A stretch of DNA of 62,456 nucleotides, filler included, from Actinomycetota bacterium (GTDB taxonomy: Bacteria > Actinomycetota > CADDZG01 > JAHWKV01 > JAOPZY01), in the NCBI GenBank assembly GCA_025963875.1. It is 9 parts of 9 records of this genome, joined end to end, with 100 filler letters (N's around TTAATTAATTAA, not from the genome) between each part and the next. Parts side by side here need not be neighbours in the genome. Positions count along the whole stretch, not along the records: positions 13,431 to 29,315 come from JAOPZY010000004.1; positions 29,416 to 34,863 come from JAOPZY010000010.1; 7 more parts are not named here. One strand, written 5' to 3'. The position numbers and the translations under genes are program-made. The stretch's first letter is position 1. Each line of letters begins with the position of its first letter. Below, in pieces: positions 20,987-31,277 of this stretch. The notes below the pieces were generated by a model. The model made no database searches. It had not been told where the DNA came from and saw only the letters and a list, made by a program, of their open reading frames with translations.

Positions 20987-22186
20987 CTACGAAGCGGCCT
21001 GATCGCTGACCCGACGCCGGGTCAGGACGAGCAGCGATGCGGTCGCAACCAGGGCGAGCACCCCGCCGTAGGAGAGGGCCAGCCGCGGTCCGAAGCGGGT
21101 CCAGAGAAAGCCGACCGCGACGCTGGAGACCAGGTCACCCACGCCGTTGACCGCATGCTTCACACCGTAGGCAGTGCCCCGCAGCCGGTCCTCGACGAGG
21201 GAACCGACGAAGGAGTCCTCCGTGGCCTTCACCAGGGGTCCGTAGGCGCCTGCGGGCACCAGGAAGGTAATCACTCCAATTGTACCATGTGCGAATGCAC
21301 CGACCAGGCACGCCGCCCCGAACAGGGCGTACCCGGCCGCCAGTACCGGCGGCTTGCCCACCCGGTCGGTCAGCCACCCCGCCGGGAACGACACGAGGGA
21401 ACCAATGACGTTCATGCCGATGTAGAACCCGATCGCGGAGAGCACCGCTGCGTGCTCGCCCGCCTGCACCTGGATCATCTCGGCAGCTCTCAGCGTCATG
21501 AAGGTCGGGGCGAAGTCGGCGATGCCGAACACGCCCACGGCCACGAGCAACCGCCAGAACGCCGCCGGCAGCGGCTCCCACGTCACCTTCCGCGTGGGCA
21601 GCGAGATCCTCGGGTCCCGGGTGAAGACGGCGAAGCAGACGACGGCGAGGACGCCCGGGACGATGGCGACGGCGAAGACGTCGCGGTAGAGGTGGCCGCT
21701 GGAGATCAGGAGAAAGGCCACCGCCGGGCCGATCACCGCTCCCACGGTGTCCATGGCCTGGTGGAATCCGAAGGCCTTGCCGAGGTCCTCCTTCTCGACC
21801 GAGCCTGCCAGCATCGCGGCCCGGATGGGCTGGCGGGTCCCGCGCCCGATCCAGGCCACCCCCCGTCCCAGGAGGACCTGCGGCCAGGTCGTCACCGCCT
21901 GTAGCAGACCGAGGCCCCCCGCCGTGACGGCATAGCCGGTTGTCGCCAGCGACTTCCGGTGCCGCATCCGGTCGCTGAAGTAGCCCGAGGTGAACTTGAA
22001 CACCGCGGACGACCCGTCTGCGACGCCCTCCACCAGCCCCAGGGCGTAGACCGGCGCCCCCAGGCCGAGGATGAGGAACAGCGGCAGGACCGCCAGCACC
22101 ATCTCGTAGTTGGCGTCCGCCATCAGCGACGAGACGCCGATGGCCAGCACGTTGCGGTTCAGCCACCGCCGGGTCGTCACCGCCAC
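20987..22186 (-). CDS. MFS transporter
   Basis: About 12 TM helices with GYFSDRMRHRK, GKAFGFHQAMDTVGA and GWLTDRVG. Confidence 0.9.
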   Translation of the reverse strand: MAVTTRRWLNRNVLAIGVSSLMADANYEMVLAVLPLFLILGLGAPVYALGLVEGVADGSSAVFKFTSGYFSDRMRHRKSLATTGYAVTAGGLGLLQAVTTWPQVLLGRGVAWIGRGTRQPIRAAMLAGSVEKEDLGKAFGFHQAMDTVGAVIGPAVAFLLISSGHLYRDVFAVAIVPGVLAVVCFAVFTRDPRISLPTRKVTWEPLPAAFWRLLVAVGVFGIADFAPTFMTLRAAEMIQVQAGEHAAVLSAIGFYIGMNVIGSLVSFPAGWLTDRVGKPPVLAAGYALFGAACLVGAFAHGTIGVITFLVPAGAYGPLVKATEDSFVGSLVEDRLRGTAYGVKHAVNGVGDLVSSVAVGFLWTRFGPRLALSYGGVLALVATASLLVLTRRRVSDQAAS

Positions 22187-22206
22187 GCGGGTATTCTGGC
22201 GGGGTC

Positions 22207-23439
22207 TTGAGGTTCGTGTCCGCTCTGGTCGCCGTGCTGGTGTGCTGCGGTGCCGGGGCCGCCTGCTCCCTTCCCGGCTCGGGCGCGGGCACGGTGCTGA
22301 TCTACGTCAACGCCCCCTTCGCGTCGTCGCGCTGGGTGGGCAGGGTGGGCCAGCAGGGCGCCCAGCTCGCCGCGGACCAGATCAACAACCGCACCGGCGT
22401 CCTCGTCAGAGGCAAGTCGTACCGCATCAAGATCCGCACGGCCGACCACAAGGGATCCCCAGACCAGGCCCTCGCCAACGTCCGCAAGGCTGCCGGCGAG
22501 AAGGCGGTGGCGGTGATCGACGACGGCTCGACGGTCACGGCCACGTCGGACGCCGCCAGGCAGGCGGGCCTCCCGCTCCTGGTGTACTTCGACGGGACCA
22601 CCGGCATCGTCGACCCCGCAGTCCGGCCCAACGTCTTCCGCCTCGCCCCCTCGAACCAGGCCCTCGCACGGCGCCTGGGGACCTACCTCGCCGGCAAGGG
22701 CCCGCGGCTGGCCCTCGTCCACGACGACAGCGCGTATGGCGCCGACGGGGCGTCCCAGCTGCGCCAGGCGTTGACCGCAGCCGGTACCGCGCCGGTGGCC
22801 GACGTCACCGCCACCGCCGGCTTGCCCGACTACCGGGACCAGGCGGCCCGGGCCGCCGCGGCCCAGCCGAACGCGGTCGTCGTCTGGGCCGCGGCCCCCG
22901 TCGTGGCAGGGGTGCTGCAGGCCCTGCGCGAGCTGGGGTCCACCCTTCCGGTCTACACCGCCCCCACGGGTGAGGACCCGTCGGTACGGACGGCGCTGGC
23001 GACCCGCCCCGACTGGGTCCAGGGACTCACGTTCGCGTCGCTGCGCATCACGGACGCCGCCGGGCTTGCCCGCTGGGTGCAGTTCCGTCTCGCCTACGAG
23101 ACGCGCTACGGGGAGGACAAGCTCGGCCTCGGCGAGTCGATCCGCCGGCCCGTTGTCCAGCCCCCGGACTGGCAGATGCTCTCCTACGACATGGTGTACC
23201 TGGTGAAGGCGGCGCTCGAGAAGGCCGGGACGACCGATCCGAGCAACGGGAAACTCGTGTCGGCCCTCAACGAAGTCCAGGCCCAGGGCGCCAACGGCGC
23301 GACGGTGGGATGGACCGCCTCGAACCACGAGGGCATCGGCGAGGACCAGGTGTACTTCGCCGTGATCCTGAACCTGAACTTCCAGCCGGTGCAGGACGAC
23401 CCCATATCGAAGGCGCAGCCGCAGATCGAGCAGGACTGA
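22207..23439 (+). CDS. LivK-like ABC substrate-binding lipoprotein (orphan)
   Basis: Lipobox GAAC and type-1 PBP motifs PNVFRLAPS, LVHDDSAYG and DYRDQAAR. Confidence 0.75.
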   Translation: MRFVSALVAVLVCCGAGAACSLPGSGAGTVLIYVNAPFASSRWVGRVGQQGAQLAADQINNRTGVLVRGKSYRIKIRTADHKGSPDQALANVRKAAGEKAVAVIDDGSTVTATSDAARQAGLPLLVYFDGTTGIVDPAVRPNVFRLAPSNQALARRLGTYLAGKGPRLALVHDDSAYGADGASQLRQALTAAGTAPVADVTATAGLPDYRDQAARAAAAQPNAVVVWAAAPVVAGVLQALRELGSTLPVYTAPTGEDPSVRTALATRPDWVQGLTFASLRITDAAGLARWVQFRLAYETRYGEDKLGLGESIRRPVVQPPDWQMLSYDMVYLVKAALEKAGTTDPSNGKLVSALNEVQAQGANGATVGWTASNHEGIGEDQVYFAVILNLNFQPVQDDPISKAQPQIEQD

Positions 23440-23575
23440 CGAGGCGGGTGGCCTTCCATCGCAGGGGGCCCGCCATGTTCTTGGCTTGCTCTTCAGTGTC
23501 TGTGAATAAAAAGTGGTGTTCTACGCCGGAATATGCTCAAAGTCCATATGCCTGTGCCGGCCGGTTAGTCGCCTA

Positions 23576-24058
23576 TTACGAAGCCGGGAGGGCCTGCGTA
23601 TAGCGGGCGGCGACCCCGGGAGCCAGCAGCGGGCTCAGCAGCATCAGGTACGGCCCCCGCCCGACCACGGTGCCGCCGTTGGCCGGCAGGGAGGCGAAGG
23701 CCTTCTGCCTCGCCTCCCGGTCCGTCTGGGTGGTGAAGAGCTCCACCGTGCCCCCGTCCTCGAAGCCGAGGGCGGTGTCGCCGGCCGGCCGCTGCAGCGT
23801 CCCGTCGTGCCACGTCGCGCCCGCGTAGACGCCGGTCATGCCGAGCGGGGGATTCGGGTCATGGCCGGCAAGGAACTCGTTGTAGGTGCCGATGGCCAGA
23901 CCGGCGGCGGTGAACCGCGCCATCACCTGCTCGGTGGCGGTCGATGGGCTTGACGACAGGACGGTCGACGGGCTCTGCACCGCCCGTGGTGAGGAAGCCT
24001 TGGAGCATGCGGCGAGACACAGCACCACCACGGCGGCGCCGGCACGGACGAGTCTCAA
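23576..24058 (-). CDS. Hypothetical lipoprotein
   Basis: TTG start overlapping the upstream stop, lipobox CLAAC, and Ser/Pro linker. Confidence 0.6.
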   Translation of the reverse strand: MRLVRAGAAVVVLCLAACSKASSPRAVQSPSTVLSSSPSTATEQVMARFTAAGLAIGTYNEFLAGHDPNPPLGMTGVYAGATWHDGTLQRPAGDTALGFEDGGTVELFTTQTDREARQKAFASLPANGGTVVGRGPYLMLLSPLLAPGVAARYTQALPAS

Positions 24059-25374
24059 TTGCGGTAGATCTTGCCGGTGTCGGAGTAGTACAGGGCGTGG
24101 TCCGGTCCCTGCTTGACGTCCAGCCTGCAGTTCGCGGGGCCGCGGGCGACCGTGCCGTGAGGGGAGCCGGGCGTGTAGATCATGCCGCCGTCGTTCAAGG
24201 TGCAGAACACCAGGTGGCCGGCCGCGCCGGAGGGCCCGGCTGCGTCGACGAACGTCGCCCCCGTCGGGACAAAGGTGGACGCCTCGGTGCTGTAGTCCGG
24301 GGCGATCAGAGAGCCCGGACAGGGATCGGCCTCGAGCGGATGACTGTAGCCGTAGCACTCCGGCCACTGGTAGTCGCCGCCCTTGGTGACCGAGAAGATC
24401 ACGGTGTCGTAGCCCGTCGACGGCGAGTTGTCGTCGCCGGTCGGGCCGTTGACGGTGAGCGCCATCTGCCCCGACGGCGAGATGGCGATCCCGAACGGGT
24501 TGCGGAACCCGTATGCCCAGGCGGCACTCCCCTGCGCCGCAAACGGGTCGTCCGGGGGCACCGAGCCGTCGGGGTTGTAGCGCAGCACCTTGCCGAGGGG
24601 GCTCGTGACGGTCTGGGCCTGGTCCGGGTTGTGCTCCTCGCCGAGGGTGACGTAGAGCTTGCCGTCCGTGGGGCCGAAGACGAGCCTCCCGCCCTTGTGG
24701 CAGCAGTCCCCACCGGCGGGGTACGTGAGGATGGTCTTCGAGGCGGTGCCGGTGCCGCCGCTGTCCGTCCAGCGGACGACGTGCTGGGTGGAGCGGTTCG
24801 CGTCGGAGTAGAACGCGTAGACGAAGTGGTCGGTGGTGAACGTCGGGCTGATGGCCAGCCCGAGCAGGCCCCGCTCGCTGTAGCCGCCCCCGGCCTCGGT
24901 CGTCACCGTGCTCACCGTGGCGAACACCTTGGCCGCCCCGTTCTGGTAGACCATCACGTTGCCCGCCCGCTCCGTCCAGAACAGGCGCCCGTCCGGTGCG
25001 AACGCGAGGGCCGTCGGGAAGTTGGCGGCGATGGGGAAGGCAGAGGCCTGGGGGCCCGAGACGGCCGGTGGAGCCGTTGTTGGGGGCTTGGTGGCGGCTG
25101 GCGTCGGGCTCTTGGCGGCGGAGCTGGGCTTCGCCGTCGGGGGCGCCGGGGTCACGGTGGAGGGGGCCGGGGAGGGCTGTGAGGCCGTGGCGGTCACCGT
25201 GGCCGTCGGGGAAGTCCCGGTGGGCGGCGGCACTACCGTTGCCCTCCTTTTCGCCGAGCAGGCGGTGGTCAGCAGCGCCACGACGGCCAGCAGGGCAACG
25301 CACCAGAAGTGGGGGCGACGTCCCCGGAGTCGGACAGGCTGCACGGTGCCAATGTAGTGGAAAGGTGTGGGCAT
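24055..25374 (-). CDS. PQQ-dependent glucose/sorbosone dehydrogenase-family lipoprotein (start uncertain)
   Basis: Lipobox TTAC and motifs LAFAPDGRL, ERGLLGLA, HKGGRLVFGP, GKVLR and AYGFRNPFG. Confidence 0.85.
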   Translation of the reverse strand: MPTPFHYIGTVQPVRLRGRRPHFWCVALLAVVALLTTACSAKRRATVVPPPTGTSPTATVTATASQPSPAPSTVTPAPPTAKPSSAAKSPTPAATKPPTTAPPAVSGPQASAFPIAANFPTALAFAPDGRLFWTERAGNVMVYQNGAAKVFATVSTVTTEAGGGYSERGLLGLAISPTFTTDHFVYAFYSDANRSTQHVVRWTDSGGTGTASKTILTYPAGGDCCHKGGRLVFGPTDGKLYVTLGEEHNPDQAQTVTSPLGKVLRYNPDGSVPPDDPFAAQGSAAWAYGFRNPFGIAISPSGQMALTVNGPTGDDNSPSTGYDTVIFSVTKGGDYQWPECYGYSHPLEADPCPGSLIAPDYSTEASTFVPTGATFVDAAGPSGAAGHLVFCTLNDGGMIYTPGSPHGTVARGPANCRLDVKQGPDHALYYSDTGKIYRN

Positions 25375-25430
25375 CCTCCCGCGGGATCCCGGAAGCTGGC
25401 GCTAGAATCCGGCTGCGGCCGGGAGGCGGT

Positions 25431-26837
25431 GTGAACCAGGTCTCCTCGCCAAGCGCCGCGGCCCCCAAGGAGCCCGATATCGGCAATCGCAAGCTGGACA
25501 ACGTCCTCGCCGCCCTGCCCGAAGGATCGGTGGCCGTCGCCGTCGGCGTGTTCGTCGCCGGGGTGGCCGCCTTCGGCTTCCTGTCGGTCTCGGCCCGGGC
25601 GCTCGGCCCGAGCCAGTACTCGGACCTTGCCGCGCTCTGGATCCTCGGCTTCATCGCCGGACCCGGCGTCTTCATGCCCCTCGAGCAGGAGGTCGCGCGG
25701 GCGATCGCCGCCCGCCGGGCGAAGGGCCTCGGCGCCCGGCCGGTGCTGCAGCGGGCCATCATCCTGGGCGGGGCCATGCTGGGCGTCCTCGTGGTCGCAA
25801 CCACGGCGGTGGCCGGCCCGATCACGAGCCATCTGTTCGACCACAAAGGCGTCCTGTTCCTGGGCTTCCTGATCTGCCTGGCGAGCCTCTACGTGGGGTA
25901 TCTGGGGCGGGGCTACCTCTCGGGCAACGGGAAGTTCACCGCGTACGGCTGGTTGGTGGCCCTCGAGGGCATCGCCCGCCTGCTCCCCGTGGCGGTCTTC
26001 GCCGCCGCCGGCTGGGCGAGCGTGGGGCCGTACGGCCTCGCCTTCGGGGTGGCACCGCTGTTCGCCTATCCCCTGGTGCTCTCCCGCCAGCGGCGGCTCA
26101 CGTCGCCAGGCCCCGAGGCGCACTGGGGCGAGCTGACGGCGGCGCTCGGTTACCTCGTGATGGCGGCCCTGCTCACCCAGCTGCTCCTGAACGAGGCGCC
26201 GGTGACCGTCAAGCTCCTGTCGACGGCGAGCCAGAAGGCGCTCGCCGGGCAGTTCCTTGCCGGGCTCGTGATCGCCCGGGTCCCCGTGGTGCTGTTCCAG
26301 GCCGTGCTCGCGGCGCTCCTGCCGAAACTCGCTCACCTCGCCGCATCGAACAAGTTCAAGGAGTTCGAGGCCACGGTGCTGCGGCTGCTGGCGGCGATCG
26401 CCGGCCTGGGGGTCGTCGCGGTCATCGGGGCCACCGTGGCGGGCAACATCGCCCTGCACGTCATGAACGGCCCCAAGTACAGCCTCGGCCGCGGTGACTT
26501 CGCCTTCCTCAGCACCGCGAGCATCGTCTTCATCCTGGCCCTCACGCTCGGCCAGGCGCTGATCGCGCTCCGCTCGTACTCCTACCTCTCGATCGGCTGG
26601 CTTGCCGGGGCGCTCGGGTTCGCCGCCGCGGTGGCGATGGGGCACGCCCTCCTGCTGCGGGTGGAGGTGGGCTTCCTGGTCGGATCGGCCACCAGCGCGG
26701 TCGTGCTCGGCGCCCTGCTGTTGAAGCGGCTCCCCCGCACCTCCGAGGCGCAGCGACGCCTCCAGGAGCGCCTGCGCGAGGCCCACCCCGTCGACGAGGT
26801 CCCGACGGTGGAGGCATCGCCGACCGCATCGCCCTGA
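25431..26837 (+). CDS. Polysaccharide flippase (Wzx-like)
   Basis: GGAGG RBS with GTG start, 12 or more TM helices, ARALGPSQYS and PLEQEVAR. Near GDP-sugar genes. Confidence 0.75.
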   Translation: MNQVSSPSAAAPKEPDIGNRKLDNVLAALPEGSVAVAVGVFVAGVAAFGFLSVSARALGPSQYSDLAALWILGFIAGPGVFMPLEQEVARAIAARRAKGLGARPVLQRAIILGGAMLGVLVVATTAVAGPITSHLFDHKGVLFLGFLICLASLYVGYLGRGYLSGNGKFTAYGWLVALEGIARLLPVAVFAAAGWASVGPYGLAFGVAPLFAYPLVLSRQRRLTSPGPEAHWGELTAALGYLVMAALLTQLLLNEAPVTVKLLSTASQKALAGQFLAGLVIARVPVVLFQAVLAALLPKLAHLAASNKFKEFEATVLRLLAAIAGLGVVAVIGATVAGNIALHVMNGPKYSLGRGDFAFLSTASIVFILALTLGQALIALRSYSYLSIGWLAGALGFAAAVAMGHALLLRVEVGFLVGSATSAVVLGALLLKRLPRTSEAQRRLQERLREAHPVDEVPTVEASPTASP

Positions 26838-26892
26838 GCTCGCAAGCGCATAACGTCCGCCCCGCGGAGGTGCGGAGGTGATGCCCGGCCCG

Positions 26893-26947
26893 TGGTCCGA
26901 AGTTGGGAGTGAATCGCGCGCATACGCGCCCTAGGCTCCCAACCTCC
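26893..26947 (-). repeat. Partial copy of the structured repeat found at 46245 and 46449
   Basis: TGGTCCGAAGTTGGGAG-TGAATCGCGCGCATACGCGCCCTAGG-CTCCCAACCTCC is the reverse complement of the 3' half of those repeats. Confidence 0.85.
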
Positions 26948-26957
26948 TCGGTTTTAT

Positions 26958-27551
26958 CTACGGAGTCGGTGGAGGGGTGGGCGAGGAGGAGGTCGCCGTT
27001 GACGTCACCACGGGTGTGACGGTGGCGGTGACCGGCGTCGGCGTCGGCGTCGGGAGGGGCTGCGGCGCCGGCGACGGCTCCGGCCGGGGCCTGCGGGTCG
27101 GCACGACAGGGGTCGGGTACGGCACCGGTTTCGGATTGCCCACGTTGCCGGGAGGCGGCGTGGCGCCGGAACCCGACTGTGGGAGCGGTTCGACGGTCGC
27201 GTTGATGGAGGCGTTCACCTGCTGGTCCGTCCCGGCGGGCGGACCGACGGCCGTGTCCACGGGCCTGCCCGGCGCGGGTGCCCGAGACAGGTCCTTGAGG
27301 CTTCCGGGGACCACCTGGCGACCGACGGCGAGCACCTGCGATGCCGCGGGGGAACTGGGCAGCGTGGCCGGGAGGTCAGCAACCGATGGAGTGCCGGCGT
27401 CCGGGGAAGGGCCGGCGATCGCGATCATCTGCGGCAGCCCTGGCGCCCCGGGGCGGCTCCCGAGACCCATGTACGCGGCGACCAGAAAAAAGCTTGCAGC
27501 GATGACCGCAACGATGGACGTCTTCATGCTCATTCCCCCCGACGCGGTCAA
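26958..27551 (-). CDS. Pro/Thr-rich exported hypothetical protein
   Basis: N-terminal hydrophobic segment followed by a low-complexity P/T-rich body. Confidence 0.55.
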   Translation of the reverse strand: MTASGGMSMKTSIVAVIAASFFLVAAYMGLGSRPGAPGLPQMIAIAGPSPDAGTPSVADLPATLPSSPAASQVLAVGRQVVPGSLKDLSRAPAPGRPVDTAVGPPAGTDQQVNASINATVEPLPQSGSGATPPPGNVGNPKPVPYPTPVVPTRRPRPEPSPAPQPLPTPTPTPVTATVTPVVTSTATSSSPTPPPTP

Positions 27552-27602
27552 GAGTACCCCATCGGGGCAACCTCGCCCGCGAACGGGACCAGCGGGACGA
27601 AT

Positions 27603-28556
27603 CTAGACGCGCTCCCGCCAGTACTCGAGGGTGTCCGAGAGCATCTGGTCGAGGGAGATCTGCGGCTCCCAGCCGGTCGCCGCCCGGAACCGGCTGGAGT
27701 CGGAGATGAGGATCTCGACGTCCGAGGGCCGCATCTTCTCCGGGACCTGGCGGACCTCGACCGACGCCTCGGTCATGGAAAGCATGCGGTCGAGGATCTC
27801 CCCGATGCTCGGCGCGTTCCCGGTGCCGATGTTGTAGACCTCCCCCGGTTCCCCCTTCTCGAGGGCGAGCCAGTAGGCCCGGACCATGTCCCGGACGTCG
27901 GTGAAGTCCCGGAGGGCCTCGAGGTTGCCGACCTTGACCACGGGCTCCCGGAGCCCCTTCTCGATCTCGGCGATCTGCTTGGCAAAGTCCGACGGCAACA
28001 GCACGTCACCCCGGCGTGGCCCTCCGTGGTTGAACGCCCTGGTCCGAACGGCATGCAGCCCGTAGGAGCGGAAGTACTGGTAGCCGAGCAGGTCCTGGCC
28101 GACCTTGCTGACGCCGTACGGCGACAGCGGCCGCAGTGCGTTGTCCTCGGTGATCGGGGTCTCCTCCCGCGCCACGTAGCCGTACTCCTCGCTGGAGCCA
28201 CAGACGTGGAAGCGGGTGTCGAGGCGGTCAAGCGACCGCAGCGCCTCGAAGAGGTTGAGCTGGCCGAGGACGTTCGTGGTGATCGTCGACGCCGGGGCGG
28301 ACCATGACGTCGGGACGAAGGACTGCGCCGCGAGGTGGAAGATCCAGTCCGGTTCCACCGCCGCAAGCGCCCGGTGGCAGGAGGTCGCGTCCAGGATGTC
28401 CATCTCGACGAGTTCGAGGTCCTTGATGTGGCCGATGTTGTTCCGCGGGCTTCGCCAGCGGTAGGTGCCGACGACCTCGACGTCGCCGAGATTCTGGCAC
28501 AGCTCAGCCAGGTGACTGCCGACGAAGCCGGTGATGCCCGTGATCAGTACCTTCAC
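27603..28556 (-). CDS. GDP-mannose 4,6-dehydratase / GDP-4-keto-6-deoxymannose reductase family
   Basis: ITGITGFVGSHL, HLAAQSFV, SSEEYG, SPYGVSK and RDFTDVRD. Confidence 0.9.
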   Translation of the reverse strand: MKVLITGITGFVGSHLAELCQNLGDVEVVGTYRWRSPRNNIGHIKDLELVEMDILDATSCHRALAAVEPDWIFHLAAQSFVPTSWSAPASTITTNVLGQLNLFEALRSLDRLDTRFHVCGSSEEYGYVAREETPITEDNALRPLSPYGVSKVGQDLLGYQYFRSYGLHAVRTRAFNHGGPRRGDVLLPSDFAKQIAEIEKGLREPVVKVGNLEALRDFTDVRDMVRAYWLALEKGEPGEVYNIGTGNAPSIGEILDRMLSMTEASVEVRQVPEKMRPSDVEILISDSSRFRAATGWEPQISLDQMLSDTLEYWRERV

Positions 28557-29315
28557 TCAAGTCCTCCCTCGTCCGTGCCCGGTACGAATCCAGCGTGTCG
28601 ACCAGCGAGGTGGCCAGAGGAATCTCGGGCTCCCAGCCGAGCCCCTTCCGCAGCTTGGTCGAGTCGCCCACCAGCACCTCGGGGTCCCCCGGGCGCGGTG
28701 AGGAATCGGCAACGATCTCCACTGCGTCTTTGAGCCCGGCGGCGTCGATAAGAATATCGAGCAGGTCGCCGATGCGCTCGGCTCTGCCCGACGCGACGTT
28801 GTAGACCTCCCCCGGCTCCCCGGCCTCGACCAGGAGGCGGTAGGCGTTGGCGACATCCCGGACGTCGAGGTAGTCCCGACGGCTCTCCAACCAGCCGACC
28901 CGCAGGCGCGGCTCCCGGTCGCCCCGCTCGATCTCGGCGACCTGGGACGAGAACGAGCCGATCGCGTACTCGGTGCTCTGGCCGGGGCCGGTGTGGTTGA
29001 AGGGGCGGGCGACGATCACCGGCAGCCCGAAATGGCGCCGGTACAGGGCGCCGACCAACTCCTGGGCCACCTTGCTCACGCCGTAGGGCGACCGTGGCTG
29101 GAGGGGGTCGGTCTCGACCAAGGGGCGGCCGGCTGCCGCCAGCCCGTACTGCTGGGCGGACCCCACCAGCAGGACCCTCGTCTCCGGCCGGTCGGCAAGG
29201 GACTCCAGCAGGTGGCTCGTGCCCGTGACGTTGACCGCGAAGGTCTCGTCGGTGGCCTCCCAGGATCGCCGCACCGATGCCTGGGCCGCCAGGTGGATGA
29301 CGGCATCGGGGCGCC
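28504..29315 (-). CDS. Second GDP-sugar dehydratase/reductase (Rmd-like), 5' truncated
   Basis: HLAAQASV, GSAQQYG, SPYGVSK, RPFNHTGPGQ and RDYLDVRD. Cut by a linker. Confidence 0.85.
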
Positions 29316-29415
29316 NNNNNNNNNNNNNNNNNNNNNNNNNNNNNNNNNNNNNNNNNNNNTTAATTAATTAANNNNNNNNNNNNNNNNNNNNNNNNNNNNN
29401 NNNNNNNNNNNNNNN

Positions 29416-30184
29416 TGCCACGGCAAGCGGGCAGGCCTCCGAGGTGCGGCGACTGGCGGCCGAGCTCGAGGAACGCCTCGCAGCGGTCCGCCGCCTCCTC
29501 AGCGATCTGCGCTCGGTGCCCGGCGCCCCTCCCGTTCCCGACGCACCGGTGCTGGATCTGGACGAGGCCGACCTGCGCCATCGGCGGGCGGCGGCCAGGC
29601 TGCGGGAGAACGACCAGAGGATCGCCGAGCTCGGAGGCCGGCGCGCCCAGCTCGTGGAGCAGCTCCGGAGCGTGGAGGAGGCGGAGGGCGCCGAGGCGGC
29701 GCAGCTCGCGGCCTACCGTCGAGAGGCGATCGCGCAGGCCGCGGCCGAGGTCCTGCAGGAGACCGCGGACAGGATGATCCGTGAGCGGATCGATCCGCTC
29801 ACCCGTGAGGTGGCCTGGCGATGGAAGCGGCTCTTCGGGACCGGCGACCTGATCCTCCACCCGGACGGACGGATCCGGCGCCGGATCGGCAGCCGGGAGC
29901 TCGAGTTCAGCGAGCTGAGCGGCGGAGAGCGCATCTGGGCGTTGCTGGTGACCCGGCTGCTCGTCCTGTCGGTGTCGACGAGGGTTCCCTTCGTGTGGCT
30001 CGACGAGCCCCTCGAGCACCTCGACCCTCGCGTCCGCAGGATCGTGGCCGGCACGCTGGTGCAGGCCGCCTCCTCGGCGAATCTGCGGCAGATCTTCGTC
30101 ACCACCTACGAGGAGCCCCTCGCCCACCAACTTGCCGAGGACAACCCGATGGCCGAGCTGATCACCGTCCGCGAGGGCGTGTAG
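29416..30184 (+). CDS. SMC/SbcC(Rad50)-like ATPase, C-terminal fragment
   Basis: Coiled coil, signature LSGGE, and Walker B/D-loop WLDEPLEHLD. Confidence 0.75.
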
Positions 30185-30816
30185 TGGCCGCGTCGGCGCA
30201 CCTGACCGTCGTCGGCCTGGGCGGCTCGATGGCGAAGGTCTCGAGGAGCCGGGCGGCCCTTGTCTCGGCACTCCAGGGGGCCGCGGGCGCTGGTGCGGAG
30301 ACAGAGCTCCTCGACATCCGGGAGCTCAACCTGCCGATGTACAACCCCGATGACGACGCGCCAACCGAGGCGGCCATGCGGCTGATCGAGTCGTGCCATG
30401 CCGCCGACGGGATGCTCTGGGCGAGCCCGATGTACCAGGGGACTATCTCGGGCGCCCTCAAGAACGCCCTCGACTGGCTCCACCTGCTGCGTGATCGGGA
30501 TCCGCCCTTCCTCCACGACAAGGTGATCGGGCTCGTCAGCGCCGCGGGGGGAACGCAGGGCCTTCAGGCCATCAACACGATGGAGTTCTCGGTCCGGGCA
30601 CTCCGGGGCTGGGCCGTGCCGTACGTCGTCCCGGTCGCAGGGGCGGCGCGCGTCTTCGACCCGGATGGCCAGGTGCGGGAGCCGGCCATCGCGCTTCAGC
30701 TCAAGACCCTAGGAATGGAGGTCGTTCGCGTCACCGAAAAGTTCTCCTCCAACGGTTCGCTTCACCGCCAGGCCGAATGCGAGCAGGCGGCCGAACGGGT
30801 GGCGACCGCCGGATAG
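30184..30816 (+). CDS. NADPH-dependent FMN reductase
   Basis: GLGGS, SPMYQGTISGALKNALDW and SAAGG. Confidence 0.9.
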   Translation: MAASAHLTVVGLGGSMAKVSRSRAALVSALQGAAGAGAETELLDIRELNLPMYNPDDDAPTEAAMRLIESCHAADGMLWASPMYQGTISGALKNALDWLHLLRDRDPPFLHDKVIGLVSAAGGTQGLQAINTMEFSVRALRGWAVPYVVPVAGAARVFDPDGQVREPAIALQLKTLGMEVVRVTEKFSSNGSLHRQAECEQAAERVATAG

Positions 30817-30856
30817 TCCCAGAAAGCTCGGTTCTTACCAAAGCAAGGAGGAAGCA

Positions 30857-31261
30857 ATGACCTATAGCCGGCAGATGATTCTGGCCCACCCCGGCAGCCT
30901 CGACATCGATACCGACGCGCTGTCCCGGTGCATCGACGACTGTCTGCGCTGCGCCCAAGCGTGCACGGCCTGCGCCGATGCCTGCGTTGCCGAGGTCACT
31001 GTCGCGGACCTGCGCCGCTGCATCTACCTCTGTCTGAACTGTGCCGACATTTGCGACGTCACCGCCCGGATCGTCTCCCGCACCGCCGAGTTTGACCGGG
31101 TGCTGGCACGGGCCACGCTGGAGGCCTGCGCCACGAGCTGCAACGTGTGCGGGGCCGAATGCGAGCACCACGCGAAGATGGGGATGGTGCACTGCGAAGT
31201 CTGCGAGGAGGCCTGCCGGACCTGCGAGGAGTCCTGCCGGGCGCTGATCGCTCTCGTCTGA
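30857..31261 (+). CDS. Four-helix-bundle copper storage protein (Csp3/DUF326)
   Basis: Repeated Cx2-3C motifs, CEHH...HCEVC, no signal peptide. Confidence 0.88.
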   Translation: MTYSRQMILAHPGSLDIDTDALSRCIDDCLRCAQACTACADACVAEVTVADLRRCIYLCLNCADICDVTARIVSRTAEFDRVLARATLEACATSCNVCGAECEHHAKMGMVHCEVCEEACRTCEESCRALIALV

Positions 31262-31277
31262 GTGAGGCCCGGTATCG

